Below, piece after piece: positions 18,250 to 27,956 of a stretch of 63,506 bases of DNA. A program made the translations under genes and the position numbers. Under the pieces are notes generated by a model. It made no database searches. It was not told the origin of the DNA and saw only the letters and a list, made by a program, of their open reading frames with translations. The DNA comes from an uncultured Lachnoclostridium sp. (lineage in GTDB: Bacteria; Bacillota; Clostridia; Lachnospirales; Lachnospiraceae), in assembly GCA_964634715.1 (NCBI GenBank), contig CAZWLV010000001.1, positions 1 through 63,506 on the forward strand, written 5' to 3'. Numbering within the stretch: the first letter of the stretch is position 1; every line of letters begins with the position of its first letter.

Positions 18250-19632
18250 TTAGGATTCCACACCTTCCGTACTCTCTTTGATAAACATGATCTTAAAGGT
18301 CATAAGGATCAGCTGCACATCCAGCCAGAACGAATAATTCTGGATATACATCATATCCATTTTCAGCTTATCGTATGGAGTCGTATTATATTTTCCATAA
18401 ATCTGGGCATATCCGGTCAGACCGCCCTTTACTTTCATACGGCAGGAGAATTCCGGAATCATTTCTTCATATTTTTTGATCAGTTCCGGTCTTTCCGGTC
18501 TTGGACCTACAAAGCTCATTTCCCCTTTTAAAATATTGATCAGCTGTGGAAGTTCATCTAATCTGGTCTTTCTGATAAAAGCTCCTACCGGAGTGATCCT
18601 GCTGTCATTCTGTGATGCCAGTTTTGCTTTTCCGTCTTTTTCCGCATCTACGATCATACTTCGGAATTTATAGATCATAAATGGTTTTCCATGAAGCGTA
18701 CAGCGTTCCTGCTTGTAGAACGCCGGACCTCCGTCATAGACTTTGATCGCCGCTGCTGTTACCAGCATGATCGGAGATGCCACAAGAAACATCGGGATTG
18801 CAAGTGCCAGATCCAGACATCTCTTTGCAAACCGCTGTTCAAAGGTCATTTCGTTATTTACCATATGAAGTAACGGTGAATCAAATAAAAGCACATTTCC
18901 CGCACTTCTGATGATCGTATCTGATAATTTTGAAGTCATATAAACTTCAATATTGTTTTGATAACAATATTTCAAAATCTCATTTCTCTTTTCCGAGGAA
19001 ATATCATACAAAAGCACATACGAATATGCTGAAATCTTCTTTTTCAGCTCATCTGCCGGAAGTTCCACTGAAATTTTTTCCTGAATATCGTATTTGTCTT
19101 TTCTTTTTTCAAATTTCTGCACCATTTTTTCCGGTGAATACGCATCATAGATCAGGAGCATTTTTTTTGCCGGATAAAGTTTTCTCAGCAATCGGTCAAA
19201 CACATAAACCATTGCAGCAGATAACAAAAAGTCCAAGATCAGCAGCGTCAGCATCGACTGTAAAATCTTTAAAATCCATTTAATATCTCCTACCATCAAT
19301 ATGATCTGAACACTCATGATCGCATTGCAGATCCCTAATGCAAGATACTGGGAAAGCAGTACATTCCAACGGGATAAATGCCCGATCTCCAAACCGCCAT
19401 ATACTCTGAAAAGCAGATAAAGTACTACCAGATAAACACCTGCGATCAGCCAGTTTCCCTTATTTTCAAAAGGATTTACTTTTAAAATATTCATATCTCT
19501 GATCCAAAGATAGAGAAATGCAATTTCGAAAACAATGATCATGATCCCTCTGATCACTTCAATGATCAGTCCTTTATTTTTCTCTTTGTTCATTTTCTTA
19601 CTCTTTCTTTTATCTTCTCTTAAAAAGTTCAT
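18250..19632 (-). CDS. polyprenyl-phosphate sugar-1-phosphate transferase (priming enzyme 2)
   Basis: 460 aa. TM-rich N-terminus and the catalytic core DELPQLINILKGEMSFVGPRPERPE...KGGLTGYAQIYGKYNTTPYDKL. Close paralogue of 56859-58205. Confidence 0.85.
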   Translation of the reverse strand: MNFLREDKRKSKKMNKEKNKGLIIEVIRGIMIIVFEIAFLYLWIRDMNILKVNPFENKGNWLIAGVYLVVLYLLFRVYGGLEIGHLSRWNVLLSQYLALGICNAIMSVQIILMVGDIKWILKILQSMLTLLILDFLLSAAMVYVFDRLLRKLYPAKKMLLIYDAYSPEKMVQKFEKRKDKYDIQEKISVELPADELKKKISAYSYVLLYDISSEKRNEILKYCYQNNIEVYMTSKLSDTIIRSAGNVLLFDSPLLHMVNNEMTFEQRFAKRCLDLALAIPMFLVASPIMLVTAAAIKVYDGGPAFYKQERCTLHGKPFMIYKFRSMIVDAEKDGKAKLASQNDSRITPVGAFIRKTRLDELPQLINILKGEMSFVGPRPERPELIKKYEEMIPEFSCRMKVKGGLTGYAQIYGKYNTTPYDKLKMDMMYIQNYSFWLDVQLILMTFKIMFIKESTEGVES

Positions 19633-19647
19633 TTTTAATAAAATTTT

Positions 19648-20691
19648 TTATGACAGATTTGCATAGATCGTATCATTTAACTGTTCCCGATAGTGTGTTA
19701 CGACCTTTTGCAGCTGCACATCGTTTGCATTCTGATCCCAGTTGATCTTCTGAAGACATTCTTCCTGTGTCCCGTCAATCCTTGCCAGTTTATGATTCAA
19801 TGCCGTATTGATGATCGGTATATGATCCATCGCTGCATGGACATTTAACCAAATATCGTCTGCCCATGGACAGATTTCCTGCAGCAGTTTTTCATCAAAT
19901 AATTCCTTACCAAAAATATGCGGTGGAAACAGCGTTCCTGCACCTCCGGTAAAAAACCAGTCCGGTCTTGTCTGATACCGGTCATAACCACACTGTTTTT
20001 TCCATTTTCCATAAGGCAGGATCTTTCCCTGTTCATCAAGACCGATCTCATGGACTCTGGAAGCGATGATGGCATCCGGAAAACGCTGATGTGCTTCATA
20101 GAGCTTTTCTGCAAAATCAACCGGATATACAAGATCATCATCTAAGATCATGATCAGATCATCCGGATATTCCTTCATGGCAGGGAGAAATTTTTTATAT
20201 GCTCTCAGATCCCCCTGGCACCAGCGGATCGTTAATCCGTATTTCTTTAAATCTAACAGTTCTTCCGGAAGCTCCTGCTCTTTCTTTGGAAACTGATCTT
20301 CTGACAGCCATAAAATGATCTCATCCGGCTTTAATGTCTGGATCATCATCTGTTTTACCACATTTGCAGCTGCTTCGATTCTCGCCGGAAATGAAGTCAT
20401 GGAAACGATCAGCTTTGGTGAACGTTTTTCTGTTTCCAATCCTCCTCTCTGCAAAAACACAAGTTTCTCCAACGCCTGAACACGATACATCAGTTCCGCT
20501 TTATTTTCTGTTAAAACATTTAAACGTCTTTCCACATCTCTTAAATCCAGCAAACGTTTCTCGACATCATTTAAACGTTTCTGCAAAGAAATTACCTGTT
20601 TTTGCTCTTCTTCGTATTTTTCTCTAAGGGAAAGGATCCCTAATTTCTTTAATAAGTATGATTTCATCCTTTTCATCGCCGCACCACTCAT
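19648..20691 (-). CDS. putative glycosyltransferase with an N-terminal coiled coil
   Basis: Residues about 20-80 are heptad-like (EEEQKQVISLQKRLNDVEKRLLDLRDVERRLNVLTENKAEL). A GT-A-like domain follows, with SMTSFPARI and ILDDDLVYP (DxD). The start codon is uncertain (M1, M6 or M9). Confidence 0.5.
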   Translation of the reverse strand: MSGAAMKRMKSYLLKKLGILSLREKYEEEQKQVISLQKRLNDVEKRLLDLRDVERRLNVLTENKAELMYRVQALEKLVFLQRGGLETEKRSPKLIVSMTSFPARIEAAANVVKQMMIQTLKPDEIILWLSEDQFPKKEQELPEELLDLKKYGLTIRWCQGDLRAYKKFLPAMKEYPDDLIMILDDDLVYPVDFAEKLYEAHQRFPDAIIASRVHEIGLDEQGKILPYGKWKKQCGYDRYQTRPDWFFTGGAGTLFPPHIFGKELFDEKLLQEICPWADDIWLNVHAAMDHIPIINTALNHKLARIDGTQEECLQKINWDQNANDVQLQKVVTHYREQLNDTIYANLS

Positions 20692-20739
20692 TTTTTCTAT
20701 GTTACTATTCAGTAATCTTTACACATCATCTGTAATTTT

Positions 20740-21876
20740 TTATTGGAAATACTGTTCAAAACTTTCTGTTTGAACCCGGAGCATTTCCTGATAATTTCTT
20801 TGATCATAATAATCTTCTTCTGGATATCCGGTAATTTCCAGATAATCAAAAGCTTCTGTTTTCAACCGTTCAAAAACCTTGCGTTTTGCTTCCGGATCAG
20901 TTACCGCACGTAAATTATACATACAGCCGTTCATCGCACAATTCACATAGCTTTTTCTTAAACTATCCAGCATTCCGATTTTTTTCAACTGGTCATGCCA
21001 TGCATAATATGCTTCAAAGAAATATCTTTTTTTACTGCTCTGCAGATTATTTTTTAATCCGACACGGTAATTTACATACTGCTGATCCAGCGTTACGATA
21101 CGCTCTGCCATCGCAATCGACGACAAAATAAAAAATACATCGTTTGCATTATGAAGTGTCTGAAACTGTAATCCTGTGCTTTCTATAAATTTACGCTTGA
21201 AAAGTTTCGTCCATGGACAGGCAGATGTGATCTGAAAAATCTGATCTGGACAGTCTTTGCAGGCAAAAGGCTGCTCTTTCGGTGCCTTTTTTGCATCCAG
21301 CAGATAGTCTCCGATCCACGTTCTTCCAGTCGGTTCATGATAATGCTTTCCTCCGAACAAAACGATATCAGCATCAGTCATTTTGGCTTTGTAATAAGTA
21401 TCTTTGACCAGATTTTTTTCAAAAAAATCATCTGAATCCAGAAAAAGGACATATTCTCCTTTTGCATGGGAAAGACCAAGATTCCTTGCAGCTCCTGCAT
21501 GTTGATTTTGCTGCGTAAAAACCCGAACCCGCTGATCATTTCTTTCATATTCCCTTAAAATCTGAAGTGAATGGTCAGTAGATCCATCATCTACTGCGAT
21601 CAGTTCTATATGTTTTACACTTTGTCCCAATACGGAATCAACAGCCTGACGCAGATATTTTTCTGTATTATATACCGGCATAATGATAGATACCAGCGGA
21701 TCTTTCCCTCCTGATTTCATACGAAAGCAGATTTTTCGATCCAGCAGATAATCCGAAATTCCCAGTTTTTTGATCTTTTTATAAATATGCAGTATTTTCC
21801 TTGGAATGCATGCAAAAAAACGATAAACCCGGCAATTCCAAAGTTTCCGATCGATTTTTTTCAATAGATTTTTCAT
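20740..21876 (-). CDS. family 2 glycosyltransferase (tandem paralogue a)
   Basis: 378 aa. VSIIMPVYNTEKYL, AVDDGSTDHS, LDSDDFF. Confidence 0.8.
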   Translation of the reverse strand: MKNLLKKIDRKLWNCRVYRFFACIPRKILHIYKKIKKLGISDYLLDRKICFRMKSGGKDPLVSIIMPVYNTEKYLRQAVDSVLGQSVKHIELIAVDDGSTDHSLQILREYERNDQRVRVFTQQNQHAGAARNLGLSHAKGEYVLFLDSDDFFEKNLVKDTYYKAKMTDADIVLFGGKHYHEPTGRTWIGDYLLDAKKAPKEQPFACKDCPDQIFQITSACPWTKLFKRKFIESTGLQFQTLHNANDVFFILSSIAMAERIVTLDQQYVNYRVGLKNNLQSSKKRYFFEAYYAWHDQLKKIGMLDSLRKSYVNCAMNGCMYNLRAVTDPEAKRKVFERLKTEAFDYLEITGYPEEDYYDQRNYQEMLRVQTESFEQYFQ

Positions 21877-21894
21877 ACCCTGTTCCCATTTCTT

Positions 21895-23031
21895 TTAACT
21901 ATTTTGACCGCTTTGCTCATATGCTGACAGATATTGTTCAAAGCTCACATAAAAAACACGCTTCATATCCCTGTAATTTCTTTTATTATAATAATAATCT
22001 TCTTCTTTTCTGACAATCTCCAAATCTGCAAAAGCCTCATTTTTTAATTGTTCAAACAAGGCTCTTTTTAAGTTCAGATCCGTGATCTTTCTCAGATTAT
22101 GCACACAGCCGTTTACAACACAGTTGGCATAACTTTTTCTCAAAACATCCAGACGACCTATTTTTTTCAACTGATCGTGCCATGCATAATATGCCTCAAG
22201 AAAACACCGTTTCTGACTGCTCTGCAGATTATGCTGCAGCCCGACACGATAATTTACATACGGCTGATCTAAGGTTACGATCCGGTCTGCCATCGAAATC
22301 GCTGACAGTACAAAAAAGATGTCATTGGCATTATAAAGTTTCTGAAACTGCAGACCTGTACGTTCTATAAAGGTACGCTTAAACAATTTTGTCCACGGAC
22401 AATCGGATCCGATCTGAAAAAGCGTATCCGGACAATCTTTCCAGCAAAACGGTTCTTTTTCAGGAGCATAGCTTAGATCCAGATAATTTCCTTCTGTGAT
22501 CTCTCCGGTCTGATCATGATAATGTCTTGCACCAAACAGCACGATGTCTGCATCGTTTAATTTTGCTTTATAATAAGTGTCTTTTATCAGATCTTTCTCG
22601 AAAAAATCATCTGAATCCAAAAAGAGCAGATATTCTCCTTTTGCATGAGACATTCCCAAATTTCTCGCAGCACCTGCATACTGATTTTCCTGCGTATACA
22701 CCCTGATGCGGTGATCTTTCGCCGCATATCGTTTCAGGATTTCCAAAGAACCATCGGTAGATCCGTCATCTACGGCTATAATCTCCAGATATTTTACACT
22801 CTGTTCTAATAAGGAATCCAATGCCTGTTCTATATATTTTTCTGCATTGTAAACCGGCATTACGACGGAAACCAGCGGTACAGATCCCCCATGCTTCAAA
22901 CGAAATTTCGCTGTTTTTTCCATGCAGTAAAAAGAAATTGCATGAACCCCTTTTTTCAGAATCTTCCTGCACAACTGATACAGTCTGCAGTTCCATAATT
23001 TTTTATCTATCTTTTTTAATAATCCCTTCAT
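21895..23031 (-). CDS. family 2 glycosyltransferase (tandem paralogue b)
   Basis: 378 aa, the same length as its neighbour and collinear with it. VSVVMPVYNAEKYI, AVDDGSTDGS, LDSDDFF. Confidence 0.8.
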   Translation of the reverse strand: MKGLLKKIDKKLWNCRLYQLCRKILKKGVHAISFYCMEKTAKFRLKHGGSVPLVSVVMPVYNAEKYIEQALDSLLEQSVKYLEIIAVDDGSTDGSLEILKRYAAKDHRIRVYTQENQYAGAARNLGMSHAKGEYLLFLDSDDFFEKDLIKDTYYKAKLNDADIVLFGARHYHDQTGEITEGNYLDLSYAPEKEPFCWKDCPDTLFQIGSDCPWTKLFKRTFIERTGLQFQKLYNANDIFFVLSAISMADRIVTLDQPYVNYRVGLQHNLQSSQKRCFLEAYYAWHDQLKKIGRLDVLRKSYANCVVNGCVHNLRKITDLNLKRALFEQLKNEAFADLEIVRKEEDYYYNKRNYRDMKRVFYVSFEQYLSAYEQSGQNS

Positions 23032-23116
23032 GGCCGACTCCTTTATGCTCTCTTATCCGTCTTAAAGCCTGTAACTGTTTGCTTTTTTACAGCTCTGTTT
23101 TTTCACTGGGAAACTC

Positions 23117-25129
23117 TTATTTTGTCATGTGAGATACCCATCCCAAAATATTTCCTGCGGTCTTATTGGTAATGAGTTTTTCATTATTTCCACCAAGTAC
23201 CAGTCCTTCATGGATTCCATGGCTCTGGGCATATGCTTTGGCAGCTGCTTCTGAACCTGTTTTGGTAAGGATCAGCGGTGCACCTTTTTTGAGTGCCAAA
23301 GGTCCTCCGCAAAGTCCATCGGCAAATACACTGCTGGATGCCAATACAACTGAAGACGGGGAAGTAAAGAATTTCTCTGCGATCATGACAGAAGTTTCAT
23401 ATCTGTTCGATCCGCCGATCCGCTCCACCGTTCCATAAGTTTTTAATTCATTTTCTAAACTTGCACTGACTGCTCCGGTTCCTCCAAGAATATAAAATTT
23501 CTTTCCTGAAAGAGAAGAAAGCCATGTTTTTTGTTCTTCTGTCAATGTTTTGTTCACCAGAAGGATCGGTTTTCCCGTAGCCGAACCTGATAAGCTGTCC
23601 GCAAATGTTTTTCCCGTACATACGAGGATCTCTTTTGAAGAAACCTTTGCTTCTTTTAAGATCGCAAGATTGGTTTCATAACGTGTTTTTCCCTGAAGCC
23701 GTTTCACGGTATAATCTCCAAGACCACAGCCGACTCCTTCCGGAACTGCTGCTGTACCGCCCAGAATATAGACCGTACCGCCTTTTTTCACATGATTCTG
23801 GATATAATTTCGTACATCCTGTGCATTTTTTCCGTTTGTCATGATGATCGGTGCATTTTTAATGCCTGCCAGATAACTTCCGCCCAGTGCATCTGCAAAA
23901 TTGCTTCCATCTGCTACGATGATGTGACTAAATTTCGAAATTCCAAGCTGTGATTTTAATGCATTGGCGATTTCAAAAGAAGTTTCATATCTGCTGGAAC
24001 CATAGAGACGTTTTGCATACGTATCACTGATCTCTACGATCTTTCCTACCGGATTTTTCCAGCCGTTTGGATCCACATACCAGAAACTCATATCGACATT
24101 TCCGCCATTGGCATCTTCCTTAATTCCGTTTACTTTTGCAGTGCTGGTATACTGCCAGAATTCATAGTCTCCTGCATAATCTGCACTTTCATTGTATCTT
24201 GCAAGCCAGATCTTATAATCTTTGGAGATTTCAGAAGCATTCAGACCTTTCTCCAGCATATTTTTATTGGCATACAGCATCGGTGTATATCCCTGTGCTT
24301 CTATTGTCGCACAGAATTTTCTGCAGATTTTGGTTGCCTGACTTTTTGACAGATTGGCATTATACAAACGGCCGATCGAACCATTGGTTCCTGATGCATA
24401 TTCATAATCCATTACTACCGGAAGGGAAACGTCATAACCGGAGATCAGATCCAGTACATATTCTGCCTCTTCCACAGCTTCTTTTTCTGTGATCGCCTGA
24501 GAAAAGATATAAACGCCGACTTTCACCCCTGCTGAGATCGCATTTTTCATGTTTTGAGCAAAATACGGATCTTTATTTAAGGTACCGCTTTCCCCATATC
24601 CGCGAAATCCGACTCTGATGATGGCATAATCGATTCCGGATGCTTTTACCTGTACCCAGTCAATGTTTTTCTGATGCGTAGATACATCGATCACTTTCCG
24701 GATTTCATATCCGTTGAATTTACTGTCGTGTACATAAGTTGTTCTTCCTGAAGAAACTTCATTTTCTGATTCTTCCCCATAGCCGTGGGCACGTCCATAC
24801 TGCGGATCTTCATCCGGATTTTCTTCTAAAAATTCCTGTTCTTCTAAATCTTTGGTTTCTTCTGACAGTTCCTGTTCTTCCGGATATTTCGTCTCTTCTG
24901 AAACTTCCTGCTCTTCCGAATTTTTAGCCTCTTCTGAAATTTCCTGATCTTCCGAATTTTTAGCCTCTTCTGAAATTTCCTGATCTTCCAAACTTTTAGC
25001 TTCTTCTAAAATTTCTTCTTCCTGTATTTCCAGATACTCTGTAACCTTTGTCTCTTCTTCTGCATAAACAGAAACACTTCCCTGTAAAAACATCATGGCA
25101 CATAATAAATACGCAATTACTCTCTTCAT
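23117..25129 (-). CDS. secreted GH25 muramidase with three C-terminal CWB2 cell-wall-binding repeats
   Basis: Signal peptide MKRVIAYLLCAMMFLQGSVSVYA, then acidic 12-aa repeats. GH25 core IDVSTHQKNIDWVQVKASGIDYAIIRVG...VVMDYEY. Three CWB2 units, each with R(Y/F)ETS/N ... FADAL/SL/GL. Start at ATG 25129 with a GGAAGG RBS. Confidence 0.85.
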   Translation of the reverse strand: MKRVIAYLLCAMMFLQGSVSVYAEEETKVTEYLEIQEEEILEEAKSLEDQEISEEAKNSEDQEISEEAKNSEEQEVSEETKYPEEQELSEETKDLEEQEFLEENPDEDPQYGRAHGYGEESENEVSSGRTTYVHDSKFNGYEIRKVIDVSTHQKNIDWVQVKASGIDYAIIRVGFRGYGESGTLNKDPYFAQNMKNAISAGVKVGVYIFSQAITEKEAVEEAEYVLDLISGYDVSLPVVMDYEYASGTNGSIGRLYNANLSKSQATKICRKFCATIEAQGYTPMLYANKNMLEKGLNASEISKDYKIWLARYNESADYAGDYEFWQYTSTAKVNGIKEDANGGNVDMSFWYVDPNGWKNPVGKIVEISDTYAKRLYGSSRYETSFEIANALKSQLGISKFSHIIVADGSNFADALGGSYLAGIKNAPIIMTNGKNAQDVRNYIQNHVKKGGTVYILGGTAAVPEGVGCGLGDYTVKRLQGKTRYETNLAILKEAKVSSKEILVCTGKTFADSLSGSATGKPILLVNKTLTEEQKTWLSSLSGKKFYILGGTGAVSASLENELKTYGTVERIGGSNRYETSVMIAEKFFTSPSSVVLASSSVFADGLCGGPLALKKGAPLILTKTGSEAAAKAYAQSHGIHEGLVLGGNNEKLITNKTAGNILGWVSHMTK
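24827..25006 (-). repeat. in-frame 36-nt tandem repeat (five 12-aa acidic units) inside the muramidase gene
   Basis: Encodes EEAKSLEDQEIS / EEAKNSEDQEIS / EEAKNSEEQEVS / EETKYPEEQELS / EETKDLEEQEFL. Two 36-nt copies (24915-24950 and 24951-24986) are identical at nucleotide level. Confidence 0.85.
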
Positions 25130-25204
25130 GTAAAACCTTCCTTTGTCACTTTTTGCATTTGTTGTCATTTTACGGGTTTTGAAACCCTTATTTTTACACC
25201 CTCG

Positions 25205-27904
25205 TTATCTTATTCTGCAAATATCATCAAAAACCCTTTTAGAGTTTCCCTTATCAGCATATGGAAATGTTGCATTGATCCTGTCTGCATAAACCTCTTT
25301 TAAGGTGCAGTCACGGTCGATATATTCTTTTACCAGCCCGATCAGCGTTTCCGTATCATATGCAACTTCTCCAAATCCATCTCTTTCATACTCAAAATAT
25401 CCCTTATCATACGTATGGCTTCCACTGAAAAATTCTTCCGTGTCTGCCTGAAAATAAAGCACCGGCTTTCTTAAATAGGCAAAATCAAATACCACGGACG
25501 AATAATCCGTGATCACAAGATCACTTTCCGCAAAAACATCCCGATATGCCGTCTTTTCTCCATCTGCGATGCAGACTCTGGGATCCATGTGGAGCATTTT
25601 CGTACATTCACTCATATTCGGATGCGGCATAAAACGGATCTGATATCCATGTGCTTCTGCATTGTCCAAAAATGCTTTACTGCTCAGCAGTTCTGAATAC
25701 ATCTTACAATACTGACTTTTTTCAAAACCGTCTGCCGGCTGTCTTTTTCCGGTCTGTACATTCGTCTCTCCTACCAGATAAGCTCTCCATGACGGCATGA
25801 TCGTGATACATTTCTTTTCTTTGTGATATAAACGGTCATGTCTTGGAAGTCCGGTCATCCTTACAACTTCTGCATCATATCCGTAATCTCCATTGATAAT
25901 GGACTCGTATTCCGGCACCGTCGTCGTTACGAACATATGGATATTTTTGTGATACCGTTTCAGCCATCTGGAAAGATCATCTTTGATGACTCCATGCTGT
26001 AAAAATATAAACCTTGTTTTCTGCATCAGATCTGCATAACAGTACGAATAATCTCTGAATGGCCGGTAAATATAATCCTCTCCCTGCGAAGAGATGACTT
26101 TTGCTCCGCACAGGCAAAGCCATTTATATTTCCAGCCTAAAAATTCGATCACTTTTCCGGAGCGTTTCAGCCGTTCAAAATCCGGACTGTTTTTGGAAAT
26201 CGCATAATAAAAACGGATCCCCTTCGGTTTTTCCTGATTCAGATATTCAAAAAACGCTTCTCCATTATCATCCGCTTTATTGATCCTGTCTGAGATCAGC
26301 CAGACTTCCTTATGAGGAACCAAATGATAAAAATGATACATGATTCTCATAAAGACCGCTTTTTTTGCAGCCGGATGATGGATCTTACAAAGTCCCTTCA
26401 AGAAAGAAACTTCCCGATACAGATGTGCCGCAAAAGAATACGGTTTAATGTACAATGCATTTTTCAGATACGTCAAAATATATGGCTTTTGTGCATAATA
26501 GGAATTCCACATTGCATTCTGCAGCGGACTGAACTTTCCAAAACGGATCTGCTGTTTTTCTACATCATGTCCGTTCTCTCTGCTGACAAAACGGATCTCA
26601 TAAGTTTCTTTTTTCGAAAGCGGCAGTGTACAGCGGAACCCTTTCACACAGGCAATCTCTGTTCCCATGGAAACACTTGTCATATTCCGTTCCACCGGCT
26701 CGCATTCATACCGTTTTCCATTCATGACTGCATAAATCTGTATCTCTCTGTTTTCTTCCTCTGTTCCCGGAAATACCATCAGACCTTCCAGTTCGATCTC
26801 TTTCTCTCTAAGATAGATAAATTCGATCTTGGTCATGAATTCTGATGCCTTTGCTGCTACAGTTTCTCCATAACAGTATTCGATATCATTCGTCACAGCT
26901 CTTTTTTCCGGAACCGCTGCATATTTTGTCTCAAGAGCATACAATTTATATTCTCTGCTCATATTTTTCTGTTCCAGTATGATCGGATCTTCAATCTCTG
27001 CCATGATCTTTTTCAAAACTGCAAAATATTCTTCGCATTCTTCTTTATCCATGACCAGTGCCGGAGACTGTTCTGAATTAAACCGCCACTGAAGATCATA
27101 CATCACCGTATACTGTACAAACAACGGTACTTTCTGACCATTTTTCTCCTTGCTGTTACAGATCGTCCAGTAAGAAAAATGTTTCAGATAATCCAAATAC
27201 CATTTTTTACTGTTTAAGGAATTTTGTACGGCAGAAGCACCGCCCGCACTTCGTTTCCGATACCAGTAACAGGCTTCCTCTACCACACCGTATTTCATCT
27301 TTTCCTGCAATACCTGCAATACGATCTTACCGTCTTCCGCATAGGCAAGATTTTCATCAAACCGGTATTTGGATACGACGCTGTTTTTGATAAATGCACA
27401 GGACATGGAAAGCTGCGGCTTATCATATTCTTCGTTCAGATCAATGATCCTGCTGCCCTTTGAAAACTTCTCATTCAGGATATGTTCACCCTTTTTTCCA
27501 TCAAAAAACCGTAACGGGATTGCCACAAGATCCACTTCGTTTTTCCATTTTTCCAGTGCCTGATAGACAACGCTCAGCGTATTTTCTGATAATTTATCAT
27601 CACTGTCCAGACAGTTGACATATTCTCCCCGGATTCTTTCCAGACCTTCATTTCGTGTCTGGGAAACACCGCCGTTTTCTTTATGTACCACGATGATATT
27701 TTCCGGATACTGTGCCTGATAACGGTCGCAGATCTTGCCTGATCCGTCTTTGGAACCATCATTAACGAGAATCAGCTGGACATTTTCCCGAAAACCGATA
27801 TCCTGCTTTAGCACACTCTCAATGGCTTCTTCCAAAAACAGTTCTACGTTATAGACTGCCATAATGATTGAAAATTTAAATTGATATCCTGACTTCTTTT
27901 CCAT
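25205..27904 (-). CDS. bifunctional GT2 glycosyltransferase / CDP-alditol (glycerol/ribitol)-phosphotransferase (TagF/TarL-like)
   Basis: N-terminal GT2 domain (FSIIMAVYNVELFL, VNDGSKDGS, LDSDDKL). C-terminal TagF-type domain (PSWRAY, FMPHPN, ITDYSSVVFDFAYLRKPVLYF). Start at ATG 27904. Confidence 0.85.
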   Translation of the reverse strand: MEKKSGYQFKFSIIMAVYNVELFLEEAIESVLKQDIGFRENVQLILVNDGSKDGSGKICDRYQAQYPENIIVVHKENGGVSQTRNEGLERIRGEYVNCLDSDDKLSENTLSVVYQALEKWKNEVDLVAIPLRFFDGKKGEHILNEKFSKGSRIIDLNEEYDKPQLSMSCAFIKNSVVSKYRFDENLAYAEDGKIVLQVLQEKMKYGVVEEACYWYRKRSAGGASAVQNSLNSKKWYLDYLKHFSYWTICNSKEKNGQKVPLFVQYTVMYDLQWRFNSEQSPALVMDKEECEEYFAVLKKIMAEIEDPIILEQKNMSREYKLYALETKYAAVPEKRAVTNDIEYCYGETVAAKASEFMTKIEFIYLREKEIELEGLMVFPGTEEENREIQIYAVMNGKRYECEPVERNMTSVSMGTEIACVKGFRCTLPLSKKETYEIRFVSRENGHDVEKQQIRFGKFSPLQNAMWNSYYAQKPYILTYLKNALYIKPYSFAAHLYREVSFLKGLCKIHHPAAKKAVFMRIMYHFYHLVPHKEVWLISDRINKADDNGEAFFEYLNQEKPKGIRFYYAISKNSPDFERLKRSGKVIEFLGWKYKWLCLCGAKVISSQGEDYIYRPFRDYSYCYADLMQKTRFIFLQHGVIKDDLSRWLKRYHKNIHMFVTTTVPEYESIINGDYGYDAEVVRMTGLPRHDRLYHKEKKCITIMPSWRAYLVGETNVQTGKRQPADGFEKSQYCKMYSELLSSKAFLDNAEAHGYQIRFMPHPNMSECTKMLHMDPRVCIADGEKTAYRDVFAESDLVITDYSSVVFDFAYLRKPVLYFQADTEEFFSGSHTYDKGYFEYERDGFGEVAYDTETLIGLVKEYIDRDCTLKEVYADRINATFPYADKGNSKRVFDDICRIR

Positions 27905-27956
27905 ATTCGCTTCCCTTCGTATCTTATTTCGCATCATAAAATGCTCTTTTTAGCAA

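Noticed and set aside
24827-25006. Regular 36-nt repeats considered as a possible CRISPR array
   Set aside because: The repeats are contiguous with no spacers. They are in frame inside a coding sequence and translate to an acidic peptide repeat. No cas genes are present.
25169-25204. GGGTTT-tg-AAACCC hairpin followed by TTATTTTT, considered as a terminator after the TagF-fusion gene
   Set aside because: The T-tract is on the plus strand, while the flanking genes are on the minus strand. On the transcribed strand the hairpin is followed by GTAAAATG. At best it is a weak or antisense terminator, so it is not reported as a feature.
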